A DNA stretch of 64,000 bases. Origin: a virus (taxonomy: Duplodnaviria > Caudoviricetes). Where the stretch lies: IMG/VR virus record IMGVR_UViG_3300044675_005052. The stretch is one strand, 5' to 3'. Shown one piece after another: positions 61,169-64,000 of this stretch (the first letter of the stretch is position 1; each line of letters opens with the position of its first letter). Below the pieces are notes generated by a model. That model saw only the letters and a program-made list of their open reading frames with translations, had not been told where the DNA came from and made no database searches. Made by a program: the position numbers and the translations under genes.

Positions 61169-61768
61169 ATGATAGACATAATAGATGGTTTTAAACCATG
61201 TGGGAAACAAAAGAAAAAAAATCAAATAATCCTCACACACTCTTCAAGAAGTGTTGGGGATTATTTACAATCATTAAAACTCAGATTTAATGGTAAATTT
61301 AAACGAATACCTAATTACATCGTTACTCGAGATGGACAAATACTTCAATTATTAGGTAATAATGAGCATTCAAATTATTTTACTTCAGCAAACATAAATA
61401 GAAATTCTATCATCGTTTGTTTGGAAAATTTAGGGTGGTTAGAAAAAGAACCGCTAAGTAATCATTACGTTAACTGGATTGGTGATATTTATAAAGGTAA
61501 TGTGTTTGAAAAAAAATGGAGAGATTATTATTTTTGGCAACCTTACACATCCATTCAAGTTGAAAACACTTCTATTTTGTGTAGTAAGTTACTAAAAGAA
61601 ATAAAAATTAAAAACCAAGTAATTGGGCATAATACAAAAATAAATGGTATAGAAAAATATGACGGGATAGTTAGTAAAAGTAACTTTGACACTGATTATA
61701 CAGATGTTAGCCCGGCATTTAATTTTGAAGAATTTTTAAAAAAAATAGAGCATGAGCAATTCACATGA
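61169..61768 (+). CDS. N-acetylmuramoyl-L-alanine amidase-like (Amidase_2 fold), possibly degenerate
   Basis: IILTHS, NYIVTRDGQILQL, NSIIVCLEN, TDVSPAF. Confidence 0.65.
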   Translation: MIDIIDGFKPCGKQKKKNQIILTHSSRSVGDYLQSLKLRFNGKFKRIPNYIVTRDGQILQLLGNNEHSNYFTSANINRNSIIVCLENLGWLEKEPLSNHYVNWIGDIYKGNVFEKKWRDYYFWQPYTSIQVENTSILCSKLLKEIKIKNQVIGHNTKINGIEKYDGIVSKSNFDTDYTDVSPAFNFEEFLKKIEHEQFT

Positions 61769-62354
61769 TGAAATAAAAAGATTAGTTGAGGCATCTAGAA
61801 AGATGTTATCAAATAGTACAATTAATGAGGATATTAATCGTATTCGACAAAAACACGGTATTATTAACGAACAAGTAGGTTTGTCTGATAATGATGTTAT
61901 TTCAAAACTAAACGTTGCAAAAGACGTTGAGGATAAGATTGAAGACGACACAAATAATCAAGAAGATAAATCACAAGGATATCGAGTTGTTGGAGGTATT
62001 ATTGTATTACACGGTAAAGATAATAATGATTTAGATTTAACTACAGATGAAAAAATCGCTTTCCAAGAAACAATGAATGAATTTGTTGAACAAGTTTCAG
62101 ATTTAGTAGATTTCAATAAATTAAACGTATATCCAAATAATGTGGAGTGGTCAGGTAGAATTATTGATTTTGATTTAGATTTCTTTTTTACAATTGGTGA
62201 AGAAAATGGTGTTTACATAAACGGTGAGATGTTAAAAACTGATGATGAGTTTTTAGAAATGATTAATAAATTAAAAGTTTTCTATGAAAAATTTAAATCA
62301 AAATGGGCAAAAGTTTTAGCGTCAAGAAAACAAACAAGTAATACTGAAGAGTAA
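61752..62354 (+). CDS. Hypothetical protein, 200 aa
   Basis: ORF; N-terminal LVE/INE motifs. Confidence 0.75.
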   Translation: MSNSHDEIKRLVEASRKMLSNSTINEDINRIRQKHGIINEQVGLSDNDVISKLNVAKDVEDKIEDDTNNQEDKSQGYRVVGGIIVLHGKDNNDLDLTTDEKIAFQETMNEFVEQVSDLVDFNKLNVYPNNVEWSGRIIDFDLDFFFTIGEENGVYINGEMLKTDDEFLEMINKLKVFYEKFKSKWAKVLASRKQTSNTEE

Positions 62355-62713
62355 TGAAAGATATTGTAACAAACAACAAACAAAATATATTATTAATCAT
62401 CGTTATTGTATTGGCGGCTTGGAACATATTTACAACCAATGGAATCAAAACAGATGTTAAATCATATAAAGAAAAGATAGAATCAATTCAAACTGAGATT
62501 GATTCGGCTAAAGCGGTTAATGAGGGAATTGATATTAAGATTGATTCAGTAAAAGGTAATGTGGTTAAAATTACAAAAGAAATTCATCACATAGATAATA
62601 ACATAACAATAATTAAAAAACAAACAGATGAGAAAGTTAATAGTGTTGACACTCTTACTGCTAACGAGCTTGAGCAGTTTTTCACAAACAGATACAACAA
62701 AACCAACAATTAG
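62354..62713 (+). CDS. N-anchored coiled-coil membrane protein (i-spanin-like)
   Basis: N-terminal TM followed by heptads. Confidence 0.55.
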   Translation: MKDIVTNNKQNILLIIVIVLAAWNIFTTNGIKTDVKSYKEKIESIQTEIDSAKAVNEGIDIKIDSVKGNVVKITKEIHHIDNNITIIKKQTDEKVNSVDTLTANELEQFFTNRYNKTNN

Positions 62714-63059
62714 TAGTGACACTACAAAAGTTAGATTAAAAGTTCCGGTTGCTAAATTAGCGATAAAGGATATTCTAAAAGGTGATGGGTGTGAGGTTGA
62801 GTTAAAATTAACTAAAGAAAAACTTATTAAAACTGAAGAAAGGGAAAAAGAAAAAGATTCTCACATAATTCTTCTTGAAGAAAAAGATAAGAACAATAAC
62901 TTTATGTTAGGTAAAAAGGACGAACAATTAAAAGTTTCTGAAGAATTAACTAATAGTTTACATAAAGAATTAAAAGGACAAAGAACAAAAACTTTCTTAT
63001 GGAAAGTTGGTACTTTCGCAGGAATTCTTGCATCAACTTATCTTATTATAACAAAATAG
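62628..63059 (+). CDS. Exported protein with signal peptide, coiled coil and C-terminal hydrophobic helix (spanin-partner-like)
   Basis: MRKLIVLTLLLLTSLSSFS-Q signal peptide; overlaps the upstream ORF by 86 nt. Confidence 0.6.
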   Translation: MRKLIVLTLLLLTSLSSFSQTDTTKPTISSDTTKVRLKVPVAKLAIKDILKGDGCEVELKLTKEKLIKTEEREKEKDSHIILLEEKDKNNNFMLGKKDEQLKVSEELTNSLHKELKGQRTKTFLWKVGTFAGILASTYLIITK

Positions 63060-63066
63060 AATAATT

Positions 63067-63900
63067 ATGAAAACTAAAGAAAGTATGGCAGCCGACTTAT
63101 TAAATAAAGTTGATGATGAAATGAGTAAAGCCGGAGTATATAGTAAAGGTATTGAAGGAATGATGGCGGTTAACGATTTTAAAAATTCATTAGGTGAAGA
63201 AAATGAAATTGATGAGAAATGGTCAAAAAAATATAAAGACAGTATAGATTGTAAAAATCCTAAAGGTTTCTCACAAAAAGCTCATTGTCAAGGAAAAAAT
63301 AAAAAAACTGAAACTGATGAATCAACGGGTTCAGGTTCTGCTGGCGGATTTTCCGCTCCATTATTCTCAACAACTAAAAAAGAGATGGAAGAGGCTTGTT
63401 GGAAAGGATATAAAGAAGTCGGTGGGAAAAAGAAAAATGGTAAGATGGTACCTAATTGTGTAAAAGAGGGTGAAGAAAAAGAAAAGGATAATAAAAAGAA
63501 ATATCTTGATATTGAAGACATGATTCCTGAATTAAGAAAAAAACTTAACAAAGGTACTAGATTAGATAAAGACACAAAAAAAGTTGAAGCAACTGAAGCT
63601 ACAGGTTCAGGGTCATCAGGACAATATTCAACGACGGCAGCTTGGGCTAAATCAACAAATAAAAAAGATTGGATGGGAAAATCTAAACCTCAAATACCTG
63701 GAGGTAAATTTGTTCAAGTTAAGAAAAAATGTAAAAAATTCCCATATTGTAATCAAGGTGATATTAAAGCCCTTAAGATATATGAGAATGAGACGGTTAA
63801 GAAAGCTATTAAAAATATTAGTGAAAAACACAATATTAGTGAGAATGTAATCAAATCAATTATTTCATATGAGTACGAAAAATTAAAATCAAATAAATAA
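63067..63900 (+). CDS. Basic mosaic protein with short Cys-pair modules (possible internal head protein)
   Basis: SIDCKNPKGFSQKAHC, CWKGY..KKKNGKMVPNCV, CKKFPYC. Confidence 0.7.
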   Translation: MKTKESMAADLLNKVDDEMSKAGVYSKGIEGMMAVNDFKNSLGEENEIDEKWSKKYKDSIDCKNPKGFSQKAHCQGKNKKTETDESTGSGSAGGFSAPLFSTTKKEMEEACWKGYKEVGGKKKNGKMVPNCVKEGEEKEKDNKKKYLDIEDMIPELRKKLNKGTRLDKDTKKVEATEATGSGSSGQYSTTAAWAKSTNKKDWMGKSKPQIPGGKFVQVKKKCKKFPYCNQGDIKALKIYENETVKKAIKNISEKHNISENVIKSIISYEYEKLKSNK

Positions 63901-63937
63901 AGTAAAAAACTAATATATTTATAATAAAAAAACAACA

Positions 63938-64000
63938 ATGAGAAAATTAACTATAACTTATTTAGAAAAAATGATTTCTAAAGTATTGAAAGAAAATTTA
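63938..64000 (+). CDS. Start of an ORF truncated by the window end
   Basis: MRKLTITYLEKMISKVLKENL; TATTTATA at 63916-63923. Confidence 0.6.
   Translation, partial: MRKLTITYLEKMISKVLKENL

Noticed and set aside
1-64000. Alternative genetic code (TAG/TGA readthrough) as in some large phages
   Set aside because: Long conserved genes are uninterrupted under code 11, and TAG ends several genes at plausible C-termini.
1-64000. tRNA or rRNA genes
   Set aside because: No intergenic gap with a cloverleaf or T-loop (GTTCRA) pattern was found by eye; tRNAscan was not run.

Overview
A gene-dense, AT-rich 64 kb segment of a large lytic myovirus-like (T4-superfamily style) dsDNA phage. Several independent signs point to a Bacteroidota host: TTG-N20-TAnnTTTG promoters, a sigma factor resembling the Bacteroidota primary sigma, SprB repeats, a Gln after the signal peptide, and A-rich leaders without Shine-Dalgarno sites. 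Layout: (+) 1-13670 has the end of a giant hub-like virion protein, then SSB, RecA-like, 5'-3' exonuclease, DnaB-like helicase and nrdB/nrdA. (+) 13758-32342 is a baseplate/tail module. (-) 32377-48904 has a RuvC-like resolvase, Thr/Pro-rich fibre or decoration proteins and a glycosyltransferase. (+) 48990-64000 has primase, nucleases, a split SbcD...SbcC, a restriction-modification-like island, a sigma factor, and membrane/lysis and probable head-associated genes. The most striking observation is a soluble glycosyltransferase with motif-level similarity to plant HPAT/SERGT1 protein O-glycosyltransferases (GT95/GT96). It lies among virion genes carrying long (Thr-Pro)n extensin/mucin-like linkers, which suggests a phage-encoded virion O-glycosylation system. 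All calls come from motif reading by eye; no searches were run.
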